Shown: positions 8,851-19,511 of the stretch, in pieces
Numbering within the stretch: position 1 is the stretch's first letter
Layout: every line of letters begins with the position of its first letter
Source: a virus
Length of the DNA stretch: 64,000 nt
Reading direction: 5' to 3' (one strand)
IMG/VR virus record: IMGVR_UViG_3300033156_000775
Coordinates: 32,001-96,000 of that record
Position numbers and translations under genes: made by a program
Notes under the pieces: generated by a model
The model's database searches: none
What the model was told of the DNA's origin: nothing
The model's input: the letters and a program-made list of their open reading frames with translations, nothing else

Positions 8851-11520
8851 ATGGCGTATGAGGGAGCTATGGAAGTTAGGTCTCTAGTAGAAGTGTTTAG
8901 AGGAGTAGCCTACAATAACGATGGTATGAGACCCTACGTAGCTGATACTGTACCGTATGGATGGAAGAATCTCACTTCAGGAGCAAACTGGTCTAGTGAT
9001 GGGGACATAGGAAGCGTCTCCTTTACTGCTCTATCTACATTTTCAGCTGTAGCTACAATAACTTCTACATTCTCTACTGATGTTTACTCATATTTGGTAG
9101 CTAGAGGAAGAGGGATAAATGGAGGATCATGGGCTGTAGGCTTCAAGGACCTAGCTGATAACATTTATTGGTCTCCATGGTATGGCAACAGCACTTTTGA
9201 AACTAAAGTGTATTCTCTCCCTTCTGGACACTCAATATCTGAGTATTATCTTAGAGGGACAGGTACATTCCAGGTTGACTATGTAGTCCTGTCATCTATA
9301 AGCCCACTTACAATCACACCAATCAACATGACAGTCAACAGGAACATTACTGGAGAGCTGACTGTTACAAGCTTCCATAAGGTCTTCACTGGAATTGTTG
9401 ATAGAGTAGAGAAGAACATCAGAGGCCATGAACCTAGAAGAATCACATTGAATGCTAGTGACTATGGACAGTACCTTCAACGCAGGAAGGTCAAGAGAGG
9501 ACGAATTTACGATGACTACTTTGACAATGTTGTTGCCCAGATAGTTGACTCACTTGTAGAAAATGGTGAGCTAACCATAGCCAATATTGACACTACAAAC
9601 CTACATTACTCTGTTAGGAAGGAGATCCAGAATGACACTTCAGGCTTTGATCTTCTGTTAAACCTAGCTGAGGAGCAGGATGCTGACTTCTATGTTGACT
9701 TTGGTAAGGACTTACACTACTTTAAACGTGGGACTAGAGAGAGTGGACTGAATATTGCTGCTACTGAAACAACTGAGTTTCCATTTGAAGAGGACATTAC
9801 TTCAATAATAAATGTACAGGAAGTGATAGGGGCTGATGGAGATAGCATTGGAAGTGACACTGAATGGACTGAGAGTTTAAGCAACTGGACTGGGAGTGGA
9901 AGCTTATCACTAGATTCTAATGTATATGATACTGACTCTGAGGGAGCATACTCTATAAAAAATAGAAACGCTACTGGAGGCACAGTCTGGTTTGCTAGGG
10001 ATATGGGTACACTTGACTTGAGCTTAGGAGGAGTGCTATGCTATTCTCTACAGCTAAGAGCTGTGAAAAGCTATACTGGGGGCAGGGCTGAGAAGCTGAT
10101 TACAAGGAACTATTTCATTGGGCCTAATGGAACTTTCTGGGTGGACATTGAAGCTTCAGGTGGCATTGAGTCCAGTCGTTCTCTAAGTAGATATGACGCT
10201 TCACCTTATCCTGAATATACAGAGGGCTATGCATTCTACTATTATCCTATGAGCAAGTTTGAAGTTCCCTTCAACTATAAAGCGAACTACAAGCTAGAGT
10301 CTTCGTTATCTGGTGAGCTAAGCTGGGATCAGATCAATACTATCAAGGTTGAAATTCTCAATCCAATTGTTACTGGATCGGAAGCCATAGCCTGGATAGA
10401 CAATATGCGTATAGAGCAAGTCCACTACTCTGGGACTATAGAAGATGCTGTGTCAATAAGCAAGTATGGTAGGAGAGAGGGGATACCTAGAGGACCGGAC
10501 TACTCACTGGACTCTAAGGAGAAATGTGAGAATATGGCTTCAATAATGGTTGCAGTGTACAAGGACCCTGTGAGAGTAATATCTGATGTAGAGACCATAC
10601 GTAACTTCACCTATGAGCCTGGACACGAATACACCATATCTGTAGAAGAGATGAGCAGTATACCTGTGATTCTAAGGAATATTAGACATGAAGTTGAAGG
10701 GCTAGACCTACATACATACCTGTCATTTTCAGAAAGGTGGATACCTAAGCCAGAGAAGCTGTTTACAACCTTGAAGAACCAGCTTGAGGCTTATGGATGG
10801 AACATAGAGGCATGGAAGAAAGCTAAGCTCCCATCAGCTGTGATACCTACAAGATCTGAGCAGATAGAGTTCTGGGAGTCAGCTATTGAATTTCCAAGGT
10901 ATGTGTTGTTTGACCAGAGATTTGTTACAGCTGTTACCCCCGACCAGAGCCAATATGATATTTCATACTCGTCTGGAGGATCAGGGTCAGTGACATTTGG
11001 ACCTACGTTTCACTTGTTCACTGGGGATGGAGCATTAAAGACAGTTAAGATTATTCCTAAAGCTTCCTCTGGGAAGTTGAAATATGACATTAACTCAGGG
11101 TTCAGAGCTAGAATAATTATTAACGCTGATACAATAGGACCTGATGTTGGAGCTGAGTTCCAAATATCCATTGGAAGTATGAATGTGTCATCTTACTCTT
11201 CTAACTATTATGGGTTCAGATTGAAGGAAGATGGCACTATAAACATTGAGGTAGGGAGCTCAACTGAGAAGTGGTACAATTCAGTAGCTATGGGTACATA
11301 TGCTGTTAACGATACAATAGACCTGTGGGCCATCTACGACAAGGAAAGTTACAAGATGTACTTCTTCAAGGATGGAATTATGAAGTTCATGTTTAGTGAA
11401 GTCACATTGGATACTAACATGTTACCCTTCTATTTATATGCTGTTACAGGAAGCAGTGCCACTGGAGGAATGAGCATAGCTGTTGAGGGACTAAACATCA
11501 TCCAGGGGTGGAAAGCATGA
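8851..11520 (+). CDS. Tail tip/hub protein
   Basis: 889 aa, beta-rich; hub-like motifs VFTGIVDRV..ITLNASDY, DFYVDFGKDLHYF and SISKYGRRE. Confidence 0.7.
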   Translation: MAYEGAMEVRSLVEVFRGVAYNNDGMRPYVADTVPYGWKNLTSGANWSSDGDIGSVSFTALSTFSAVATITSTFSTDVYSYLVARGRGINGGSWAVGFKDLADNIYWSPWYGNSTFETKVYSLPSGHSISEYYLRGTGTFQVDYVVLSSISPLTITPINMTVNRNITGELTVTSFHKVFTGIVDRVEKNIRGHEPRRITLNASDYGQYLQRRKVKRGRIYDDYFDNVVAQIVDSLVENGELTIANIDTTNLHYSVRKEIQNDTSGFDLLLNLAEEQDADFYVDFGKDLHYFKRGTRESGLNIAATETTEFPFEEDITSIINVQEVIGADGDSIGSDTEWTESLSNWTGSGSLSLDSNVYDTDSEGAYSIKNRNATGGTVWFARDMGTLDLSLGGVLCYSLQLRAVKSYTGGRAEKLITRNYFIGPNGTFWVDIEASGGIESSRSLSRYDASPYPEYTEGYAFYYYPMSKFEVPFNYKANYKLESSLSGELSWDQINTIKVEILNPIVTGSEAIAWIDNMRIEQVHYSGTIEDAVSISKYGRREGIPRGPDYSLDSKEKCENMASIMVAVYKDPVRVISDVETIRNFTYEPGHEYTISVEEMSSIPVILRNIRHEVEGLDLHTYLSFSERWIPKPEKLFTTLKNQLEAYGWNIEAWKKAKLPSAVIPTRSEQIEFWESAIEFPRYVLFDQRFVTAVTPDQSQYDISYSSGGSGSVTFGPTFHLFTGDGALKTVKIIPKASSGKLKYDINSGFRARIIINADTIGPDVGAEFQISIGSMNVSSYSSNYYGFRLKEDGTINIEVGSSTEKWYNSVAMGTYAVNDTIDLWAIYDKESYKMYFFKDGIMKFMFSEVTLDTNMLPFYLYAVTGSSATGGMSIAVEGLNIIQGWKA

Positions 11521-11726
11521 AAATAACAATTGAAAGGGTTGATCCTGAGGAAATAATTAGGGAGATAGTAGGGAGTATCCCATATCATGTCAGGAAGTCA
11601 GGTAATAGGATAGAGATCAAAATTGAAGATGCTGACGCTAGAACACTAAGTGTTGTCCGGACTACACTTAGAGACAGGATTAAGAGGAAGCTCCCTAGAG
11701 GATGGAAAGTGAGGATTGATGGGTAA
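11508..11726 (+). CDS. Small hypothetical protein (contains a palindrome copy encoding VVRTT)
   Basis: ORF overlapping the end of the tail tip gene. Confidence 0.5.
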   Translation: MESMKITIERVDPEEIIREIVGSIPYHVRKSGNRIEIKIEDADARTLSVVRTTLRDRIKRKLPRGWKVRIDG

Positions 11727-11877
11727 TGCCTATAACTTCCCCAGTTAGAGTAGTAAACTTTGAAATGCTATTGCTATTATCATCCCTAAATATAGAAGAA
11801 GGGTTCCCTAGCCTGAGTGTTTCAAGCAGGAATATAACTAATCATCAGATACAAACTTTTGGGGAGGTCAATATTGA

Positions 11878-14800
11878 ATGATTGAACTGATACGAAAGCA
11901 TCTTTCTAGTTTCTTAAGACCAATTGTAGAGGAGATTATAACTGAGGGGATTCAAATTGGTACACATACGATTTATTTAAGACCAACCTACATTGACATG
12001 CAAAATAATGCTTTAAAGAAAATTGGAACCTTGACTTTTGGTACTGGTGAAGATACTAATCTTTACAGGTCAGGAGTAGATACACTGAAAACAGATGATA
12101 CCTTCGAGGTAGCTGGAACAATCAAGACTGATATTATTCAGAACTATTCATCTGGTGATATTCTCCTCAAGGCGTTAACATCAGCAGATCTTAGAGTCCA
12201 GAATATGGGAGTAGTACTAGATAACATAGTGTCTATTGGATGGTATAACAATGCGGGTACCAAGATAGAACGTATTATTAGTTTGGATGAATACGACTCA
12301 TTTGTTATCAGAGGAGGATCTCCTGGAATCAGTGACAACTCTGTTAGATATGTTTCATTTGACATGTTAGGGAACACTACCTGGAACCAAATATGGCGTA
12401 TTTGGGATGAGACTCCAGCTGATACAGATTATTCAGATCCAGGAGCTAGTAGTGACTTACCTAGTGCTGGAGCTTCTTATGCAACTGACATAGTTAATAT
12501 CTATAGAGATTATAAGAGAGAAGGAGGAGACTTCTCTACATACATTAAGCTGTTTCCAGCTAAAGCAGAGTCTAAGACATCAGCTCAGATAAGAAAGTCC
12601 CCTCTATTGGTATTTATATCTAGATACTGGGATGGATATCAGAGTCAAGATGCAGAAGCTAAGATGCAATTTGAAGTAACGACTACTAGCCCATTAGCTG
12701 CTAATTTCTATTTGTCTCTATTAGGTACTACTGTTCTAAACATCAATTCAGCTGGTAATCTTACTCCTGGAACTCCTGATTCACAGGATATGGGTAATGA
12801 TGCCAGTAGATGGAGAGACCTATATCTGTCTAGAACTCTGGATATTGAATTAGATAGTTCCATAGGTGACGGAGATGACTATATAAGAGTAAAACGTAAT
12901 GACTTAGCTTCTGATGAGCCTGTGTTCTGGTTACATGAAGAGCAGAAGTCTGGAGGAGGAACTACTGATCAGATAACTCATCTACAGGTAAGAGGTCCGT
13001 TACATGCCTATGTAGCTAAGGATGTATCAGCTGATAGCTTCTTTACTCCGTATATAGATTTAGCTGATGTTAATTGGTCATGGGCTTTGGGACTAGGTGC
13101 TAGTGGTAATACAAGTGGAGATACTACATGGCTATATTTCTCATGGGTATATGGTACTGGTAGCTATCAAGAAATAGCTAGGATAGATAATGCTGGTTTT
13201 CTACAGATACGGAGTGGTATAACGACTCTGTTAGGAGGAACTACTTATGTTCCTACAGATCAAGTGCCATTGTATATAGCAGTTCAGTCTTCTCATGCAG
13301 CTAATTTAGCTGAATTCTGGACTGGTAGTAACAAAGTCTTCTATGTAGCTAACGATGGTAATCCTACGATAAATCATGCATCATCTCCATCTTTGATAAT
13401 GCAAGTAGGTGGGACTGATAAATTTAGACTAACATTTAATGGTACAGATACGCTTCTAGATGCTGTGACTGGAAATATCTATGCTAATGCAAACTTACTC
13501 CCTTATGGTTCTTATAGCTTAGGTTCTTTATCTAGTAAATGGCTTAACGCCTTTCTCAGCGGATACGCTGACATAGGATCTCTAAGAATAAGTGGAACCG
13601 AGGTTTTAACAAGTGGAAGAGTTCTTCAGAACGTTTCTGCTGATGCTGGAATAATTACAAGTGGACTTTTTAATGTAGCAAGGATACCTGACCTAGATGC
13701 TTCAAAGATAGTTTCAGGAGTCTTCGATGTTGATAGAATTCCAAATTTAGATGCTTCTAAGATTACTTCAGGGGTTTTTGACCTAGTTAGGATTCCTTCT
13801 ATCGACTGGACAAGGATGCCTTTCGATGATTGGAATGAATTGCTGGCACAATTAGGCAATACTGTCGGAGACTACTTGAGCCTAAGCTATCTTCAGATAA
13901 ACGGTTCAACTGTTTTAACCAGCGGTAGAGTATTACAGAATATCGCTTCAATAGCTCAGAGTTTACTTTCAGATGGGGATAATACGAGAGATTTGGGCAG
14001 TTTAAGCTATAGATGGCGAAATCTCTACATCGGAACAGATATTTACTTAGGTGGTGATATTCGTGGAGATGGTCAAAATGCTATTATTGATCAAGTAGAT
14101 GGTTCAAATGCCTACTTCCACTTTAGAAGCTATACTGGTTCTGGTAGCTACGTTAATGCAGCTTACTTAAATGCTGGAAAATTTGTCATAGCTGCTTCAG
14201 GAAACATACTTCCAGCTTCAACCCGAACACATAATATTGGGACTCCAGACTTGAGATACTATGATCTGTTTCTAGGTCATTCACTAAACATAGAGCTCAC
14301 AGGATCGATAGGAAATGGTAACAACTACATATCTGTAATAAGATCAGACTTAGCAGCTGATGAACCAGTATTCTGGTTACATGAAGAATCCATAGAAGCT
14401 GGATCTACAGACCAAATCACTCACTTACAAGTAAGAGGACCAGTTCACGCATATATCAACAAGGATGTTAGTGTCAATATTAGCTACACTCCGTATATAG
14501 ATGTAGCAGATGCTAACTGGAGCTGGACAGCTGGTCTAGGAGCTTCAGGTCCATCATCTTCAGATGATACATGGTTGTACTTTAGCTGGGTATACGGTAC
14601 TGGATCATACACTGAAGTAGCTAGATTCGATAAAGATGGATTCTTACAAGTAAAGAGTGGAATAACAACAGTACTTGGTGGTTCAGTAAGTGTACCAACT
14701 AGTGTAGTCCCATTGGATATAGAAGTTCAATCCAGTCATGCAGCTGATATCATGAAAGTAGTTAGAGGAACAAGTACAGTTTTTGAAATAGGTCAGTATG

Positions 14801-15153
14801 GTCATATAATAATGAACACTACGAGTACTTCAGTAATTCCAATCAATGTTAATGCTCCCTCTGGACAGGCAGCTGACTTACTGAAGTTATCAATAAACAA
14901 TGCTCCTATGTTCCAGGTTAGTAAAGCTGGTGACATTACAGTACAGGGACAAATATATGTTCCTAACATGGCTACATCAGACATATTTGATGACATTGAA
15001 ATAATTAAGAACATAAGATCAAAACCAGATGGTACTATAGATCCTGAGTCACTACCAGAGTTCTATAGAACTGGGAATGGAGTTAATCTTGTAAGGCTGG
15101 TAGGTTTATTACTTGGTGCTATTAAACAATTATTGGGGAAGATAGATGTCTGA
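11878..15153 (+). CDS. Tail fibre/receptor-binding protein with an internal duplication
   Basis: Fibre repeats (LG..S.RW..LY; LDASKI.SG.F...RIP x3); two copies of a module of about 190 aa; C-terminus resembles an intramolecular chaperone domain. Confidence 0.8.
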   Translation: MIELIRKHLSSFLRPIVEEIITEGIQIGTHTIYLRPTYIDMQNNALKKIGTLTFGTGEDTNLYRSGVDTLKTDDTFEVAGTIKTDIIQNYSSGDILLKALTSADLRVQNMGVVLDNIVSIGWYNNAGTKIERIISLDEYDSFVIRGGSPGISDNSVRYVSFDMLGNTTWNQIWRIWDETPADTDYSDPGASSDLPSAGASYATDIVNIYRDYKREGGDFSTYIKLFPAKAESKTSAQIRKSPLLVFISRYWDGYQSQDAEAKMQFEVTTTSPLAANFYLSLLGTTVLNINSAGNLTPGTPDSQDMGNDASRWRDLYLSRTLDIELDSSIGDGDDYIRVKRNDLASDEPVFWLHEEQKSGGGTTDQITHLQVRGPLHAYVAKDVSADSFFTPYIDLADVNWSWALGLGASGNTSGDTTWLYFSWVYGTGSYQEIARIDNAGFLQIRSGITTLLGGTTYVPTDQVPLYIAVQSSHAANLAEFWTGSNKVFYVANDGNPTINHASSPSLIMQVGGTDKFRLTFNGTDTLLDAVTGNIYANANLLPYGSYSLGSLSSKWLNAFLSGYADIGSLRISGTEVLTSGRVLQNVSADAGIITSGLFNVARIPDLDASKIVSGVFDVDRIPNLDASKITSGVFDLVRIPSIDWTRMPFDDWNELLAQLGNTVGDYLSLSYLQINGSTVLTSGRVLQNIASIAQSLLSDGDNTRDLGSLSYRWRNLYIGTDIYLGGDIRGDGQNAIIDQVDGSNAYFHFRSYTGSGSYVNAAYLNAGKFVIAASGNILPASTRTHNIGTPDLRYYDLFLGHSLNIELTGSIGNGNNYISVIRSDLAADEPVFWLHEESIEAGSTDQITHLQVRGPVHAYINKDVSVNISYTPYIDVADANWSWTAGLGASGPSSSDDTWLYFSWVYGTGSYTEVARFDKDGFLQVKSGITTVLGGSVSVPTSVVPLDIEVQSSHAADIMKVVRGTSTVFEIGQYGHIIMNTTSTSVIPINVNAPSGQAADLLKLSINNAPMFQVSKAGDITVQGQIYVPNMATSDIFDDIEIIKNIRSKPDGTIDPESLPEFYRTGNGVNLVRLVGLLLGAIKQLLGKIDV

Positions 15154-15724
15154 TACTGAAGTTTATTATTACGTAGCTCAGACAAAATTCATGCAAGTAG
15201 ATCTACTTAAGAATGGTTCTTTCTCAGATGGTACTTTTAACAACTGGGATTACCATAGTAAGTTGGATATCGTTAGTCCTGGTTATGATGACGACTATTG
15301 TGTTGCCAGACAATGGGATTCGTACTATCATTATTACAGATCGTTTCTTATTTATCAATATGTTTCTTATCCTCCTGGTAGCGTATCACAAGTCAAGGTA
15401 AGAACTATTAGGATGAATGCTTGCTATTTCAGAGTATTTTACGAAGATGGTTCTGGAGATCAAGTGACGGTAGGACTTACGAGCTATTGGTCTACAAATA
15501 GTATTGCACCGAATCCAAATAAGAGAATAACGAGAATAGAGCTTTATGGCTATACGAATTCAGATTATCAAGGAAAAGCGGACTTGTTTGAAGTTGTATT
15601 GGAACCTACTGTAATGAAACGGGTACGATGGGCAACTTCTGACTACCACTTATTTTATGCTGATAGTGGAGGAAAATCAGTATCTTACAATGTTAGTGAC
15701 TATCATTTATACAGAGAACCTTAA
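15146..15724 (+). CDS. Putative carbohydrate-binding tail-associated protein
   Basis: LLKNGSFSDG..NNW jelly-roll-type start; Tyr-rich; overlaps the fibre stop codon. Confidence 0.45.
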   Translation: MSDTEVYYYVAQTKFMQVDLLKNGSFSDGTFNNWDYHSKLDIVSPGYDDDYCVARQWDSYYHYYRSFLIYQYVSYPPGSVSQVKVRTIRMNACYFRVFYEDGSGDQVTVGLTSYWSTNSIAPNPNKRITRIELYGYTNSDYQGKADLFEVVLEPTVMKRVRWATSDYHLFYADSGGKSVSYNVSDYHLYREP

Positions 15725-15758
15725 AATAGGAATTTCCTTTATTCTGAAAAGGAGGTGT

Positions 15759-15986
15759 ATGAATATGAGTAGAAGAATACCTCAGGTACGGGTAAATCCC
15801 AACTCAATAGAGTATTGGAAGGAGAAAGTACTTACAAGATCAGTGTCTCTGGACTTAGCTATTAGAGAGTTCTTTGAGGCTCTGAACTCATACATGAGAA
15901 TGGTAGAGGAAGAGCTCACTAAGCTAAAATCTGAAAACATTGAACTAAAGAATAAGCTTAAGGAAAAGGGAAAGAAATCTAGGTAA
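15759..15986 (+). CDS. Small coiled-coil protein
   Basis: GGAGG RBS before the ATG at 15759; heptad-rich C-terminus. Confidence 0.5.
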   Translation: MNMSRRIPQVRVNPNSIEYWKEKVLTRSVSLDLAIREFFEALNSYMRMVEEELTKLKSENIELKNKLKEKGKKSR

Positions 15987-15990
15987 GTGA

Positions 15991-16539
15991 GTGCTGATGG
16001 GAAGGCAATGCAAAGTCTGCTATTCGTTGCATAGGAAGGAGTATGAGGAGCTACGCTTCCAGAAGTACCTGAAGCTGAAGGAGATCCAGGAGTACGCATG
16101 GAACAAGTATAGGGAGAAGCTGTCCATTGGGACTCTTTCTAGACACTTCAGGTTCCATGTTGAAGAGATACTGCATGCTCAGATAGAAGCTTCTAGGCTT
16201 AGGGCTGATGTTCTAAGAGAAGAGATACACAAGGACATTAGAGTGGCTAGGGCACTGAGGGAGAACCTAGAGATTCTAAATGAGCAGCTTAGCAGGGTAA
16301 GTGAGCTTGACAGTCCAGACCAACGTAACGAGGCTAGACAGATCATAGCTAAGATAAACGACACTATTGAGCTGCTTCTAAAGTTCTCTGACAAGATAAA
16401 GCTTGAAGAAGCAGGACCTAGTGAGGATGAGATCTTTGATAGAGTGGTGTATGCATTGGAGCCTCTACCTAATGAATATGTTATAGAGTTTAAAAAGAGA
16501 TGGGACGAATACCCAAAAGTTAAAGGGAAGAAGCAATGA
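15991..16539 (+). CDS. Terminase small subunit (putative)
   Basis: CKVC zinc/HTH-like N-terminus with LSRH; helical; overlaps the start of the terminase large subunit. Confidence 0.65.
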   Translation: MLMGRQCKVCYSLHRKEYEELRFQKYLKLKEIQEYAWNKYREKLSIGTLSRHFRFHVEEILHAQIEASRLRADVLREEIHKDIRVARALRENLEILNEQLSRVSELDSPDQRNEARQIIAKINDTIELLLKFSDKIKLEEAGPSEDEIFDRVVYALEPLPNEYVIEFKKRWDEYPKVKGKKQ

Positions 16540-18840
16540 AAGATGTAGTCCGGACTATATATGAAGTCCCGGGTAGTGTTAAGTTCCAGCTGTTCTTATG
16601 GTACAAGGACCCAGTGCTCTTCTTCAGAGAAGTCTTCAATGTAGAGCCATACAGCTACCAGAAGAGAATCCTCAAGGAGTTTGTGAACTTAAAACGGATG
16701 ATGATCTCAGCTGCCTCAGACACTGGTAAGACACTTCTGCTAAGTGCACTAGCGTTATGGTCAGCTCTGGTAAAGTCCTTCATAGAGGACATCAAGTATC
16801 AAGTTGTGATTCTAAGTGGCTCCAGAGAGCAAGCTGAACGGCTATATCAATACACCAGGGAAGCGTTGATGTCTAGTGAGGTGCTCTACCCACTTGTGGT
16901 TAAGGAAAGAGGTAAGCCTAAGATCCTCAAGAGCTACGTTGAGTTCATCAATGGATCATGGATAAAGACATTTGCCAGGGCACTGACATCAATCCAGGGT
17001 GTACACGCACAGATGGTGATTGTTGATGAGGCAGCTCTTAAGGAGCTGGACTTCTTCATCAAGGATACTCTGAGAATATCCAGAATATGACCCTAAGAAA
17101 TGTCCAGATGGATGGAGGAGATATCACTGGAGTGCCGATGAATGTCCTAGGACCAAGAAAAAGCTAGAAGAGGCTAAGACACTGGATGAGGAGACATTCT
17201 CAATATACTATGAGGGGAAGCCATACAGCAAGGACCCAAACAAGGTTGTACCTATACATCTAATCAGAAGACAGTCTGAAGGTATCAAAAGATTCAAAGT
17301 AGATCCAGCTAACAGAGCTGGACTAATCATCTTCGGGGTCGACTACGGATCATGCTTTTCAGAAGACACTCAAGTCCTGACTAATCATGGATGGAAATAT
17401 TTCTATGAACTAAACCCATCCGACCTAGTTCTAACTTTGAATACTAAAACATTAAAAGCAGAATATCAGAAACCAAAGAAGATTCATTCTAGATTCTATT
17501 CTGGAGAAATGATATGGATTCATTCTAAGAATCTTGACATACTAGTGACTCCACATCATCCTATTCCCTTTCTTGATAGAAACAAGAAGAGACTCCATTG
17601 GCACTTGGCTTTCGAACGGACTACACATGATTATCTAATTAGGAAAGCTCGGTTTTCAGGATATAAACCAGATTTTTGGGAGATTCCTGAATATTATAAT
17701 GAATACTGGTGTGGACATTACCATTCAAGTCATAGAGAATATTTCAAGCCAAAGCTAAAAGTTCCAATTGAAGATTTCCTTAGGTTACTAGGCTGGTATC
17801 TATCAGAAGGTAATATTTTCAAAGAAGGATTTTACATCTCCCAGTCTAAGCTGAAACACCCAAAATATTGTGCTGAAATCAGTGCCTTACTCTCTCGACT
17901 TGGGCTAAATGTTGATTATAATTTCAACAACACTACTAAAGGCGGATACTTCAGAGTTTTCTCGATGCAGTGGAGACAATATTTTGCTCAGTTTGGAGAA
18001 AGTGAAGAACGATTCATCCCAGAAGACATTAAAAATCTAGATGGTTCTCTCCTAGAAATCCTTCTTGAGACCTTGATGAAGGGAGATGGTGCCAAAACTG
18101 GTTTTTACTACTGGACGGATTCAAAACAATTAGCAGATGACCTGCAGGAGATAGCTTTAAAGACTGGTAGATACATCCCTTGGATAAGCTCCAGGATCCG
18201 TAATGGGAAAGTAGAATACTCTGTACATATGAAGCAGACAGACTCTAGCCCTAACAAGAAACATTACGATGAAGTCAAATATTCTGGTAAGATTTGGTAC
18301 ATAGAAACTGAAAATCAAACATTATGTGTACGAAGAAACACTAAACCAGTATTTCTACATAATACAGCTGGGACGATGCTAGCTATTTTGCATAAAGTCG
18401 GTAAAGAATACCATCTCATAGATTTGCTAGAATGGAAAATGCAGAAGTACGATGACGTACAGGACTGGATAGAGTCTGTAACTGAGCTCTATAAACCGGA
18501 CTACATATTTGTAGATGCACTGCCTAAGGGAGAGTCTGAACGCACAGTTGACAGGCTTGGACAGAAGGGGTACACTGTGACTCCAGTGTTCTTCTCTCAA
18601 GAGAAGTCTAGGTACCAGACTAGGATGAGAAGTCTATTTAGCCTTGGACAAATATGGATTCCAGAATCGTTTGTAGACCTTCTAGAAGAGTTAAGAGCGT
18701 ATGAGTGGACTACCAAGAGAGGAGATGATAGAGTAGTAGCTTTGATGCTAGCCCTGATTGACCCTGAACCTTCAGAATCACAGTCGGTATTTGGGATAGC
18801 TGCAAGACCAATCTCCAGACCACTCTCCCATCGACTGTGA
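16536..18840 (+). CDS. terL: Terminase large subunit with an intein; reading frame broken near 17075-17090
   Basis: Walker A AASDTGKT and Walker B VIVDEAA in 16536-17090. A second frame continues YPEYDPKK..FGVDYGS (nuclease Asp), then the intein, then IFVDA..GDDRVVAL nuclease motifs. Confidence 0.85.
17353..18363 (+). mobile_element. Intein with LAGLIDADG endonuclease in the terminase nuclease domain
   Basis: S|CFSEDTQVLT start; ILVTPHH; LLGWYLSEG and TLMKGDG motifs; ends VFLHN followed by Thr(+1). Confidence 0.9.
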
Positions 18841-18990
18841 TGCCCGGACTACACTTCAGCATCTCCACCCCCTTCCTTTACGATACACCAAACATTCCAA
18901 CCCCAATAGAAACTAAACACCATTCATATAATAAGAAGAGAAGGGAGAGAATTCTATTCGTTTAAAAAAAAAGATATGGAGATCCTAAGG

Positions 18991-19404
18991 TTATTCCTTT
19001 TCCCTCCATACATGGATATAGCCGATTAGCTGAGGGTATTCATATAGATCGTTATCGTCAAGCTCTATATCTTCAATGAAGAACTTATCGTTATCCTTAA
19101 TGTCCTTAGGCATCAATGCCTTTAATGCTTCTCTAATGTTATCGTCAGTTAATAGATCAGCTATCTGGTCTTTATCCTGAAGGGTCAAGCTATCATCAAG
19201 CCACTCTATAGGACTCATGCAGTTGTTTATGTCCTCAATGATCAAATCGATAATGTCCCTAACTGTTTCTCTATAGGTCACTGAGACACCGAACCTTATG
19301 CATGCAACCACATTAGGATCTACAAAGCTATGCCCATGGCCACTGTAGAAGTCAGCATATCCCACATAATCGATAACTGCCTCCAAGCTATATCTTCCTC
19401 CCAT
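18991..19404 (-). CDS. Hypothetical acidic protein
   Basis: 137-aa ORF with a GGAGGTGG RBS. Confidence 0.6.
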   Translation of the reverse strand: MGGRYSLEAVIDYVGYADFYSGHGHSFVDPNVVACIRFGVSVTYRETVRDIIDLIIEDINNCMSPIEWLDDSLTLQDKDQIADLLTDDNIREALKALMPKDIKDNDKFFIEDIELDDNDLYEYPQLIGYIHVWREKE

Positions 19405-19511
19405 ATTTCCACCTCCTTATACATTTTATATGAGCCTGTCTACCACCCTTAAGGTTTACACTATCATCAAAATGTGTAGGCTTCCCACAAATCACACACC
19501 TAGCCAATCCC

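Noticed and set aside
12754-14760. Diversity-generating retroelement TR/VR pair in the tail fibre
   Set aside because: Both copies are coding and diverge at all base types, and no reverse transcriptase is present in the window.
17437-18840. Stand-alone homing endonuclease gene, as given in the ORF track
   Set aside because: The frame is open upstream to about 17080 and contains terminase nuclease sequence and intein splice motifs, so it is part of terL.
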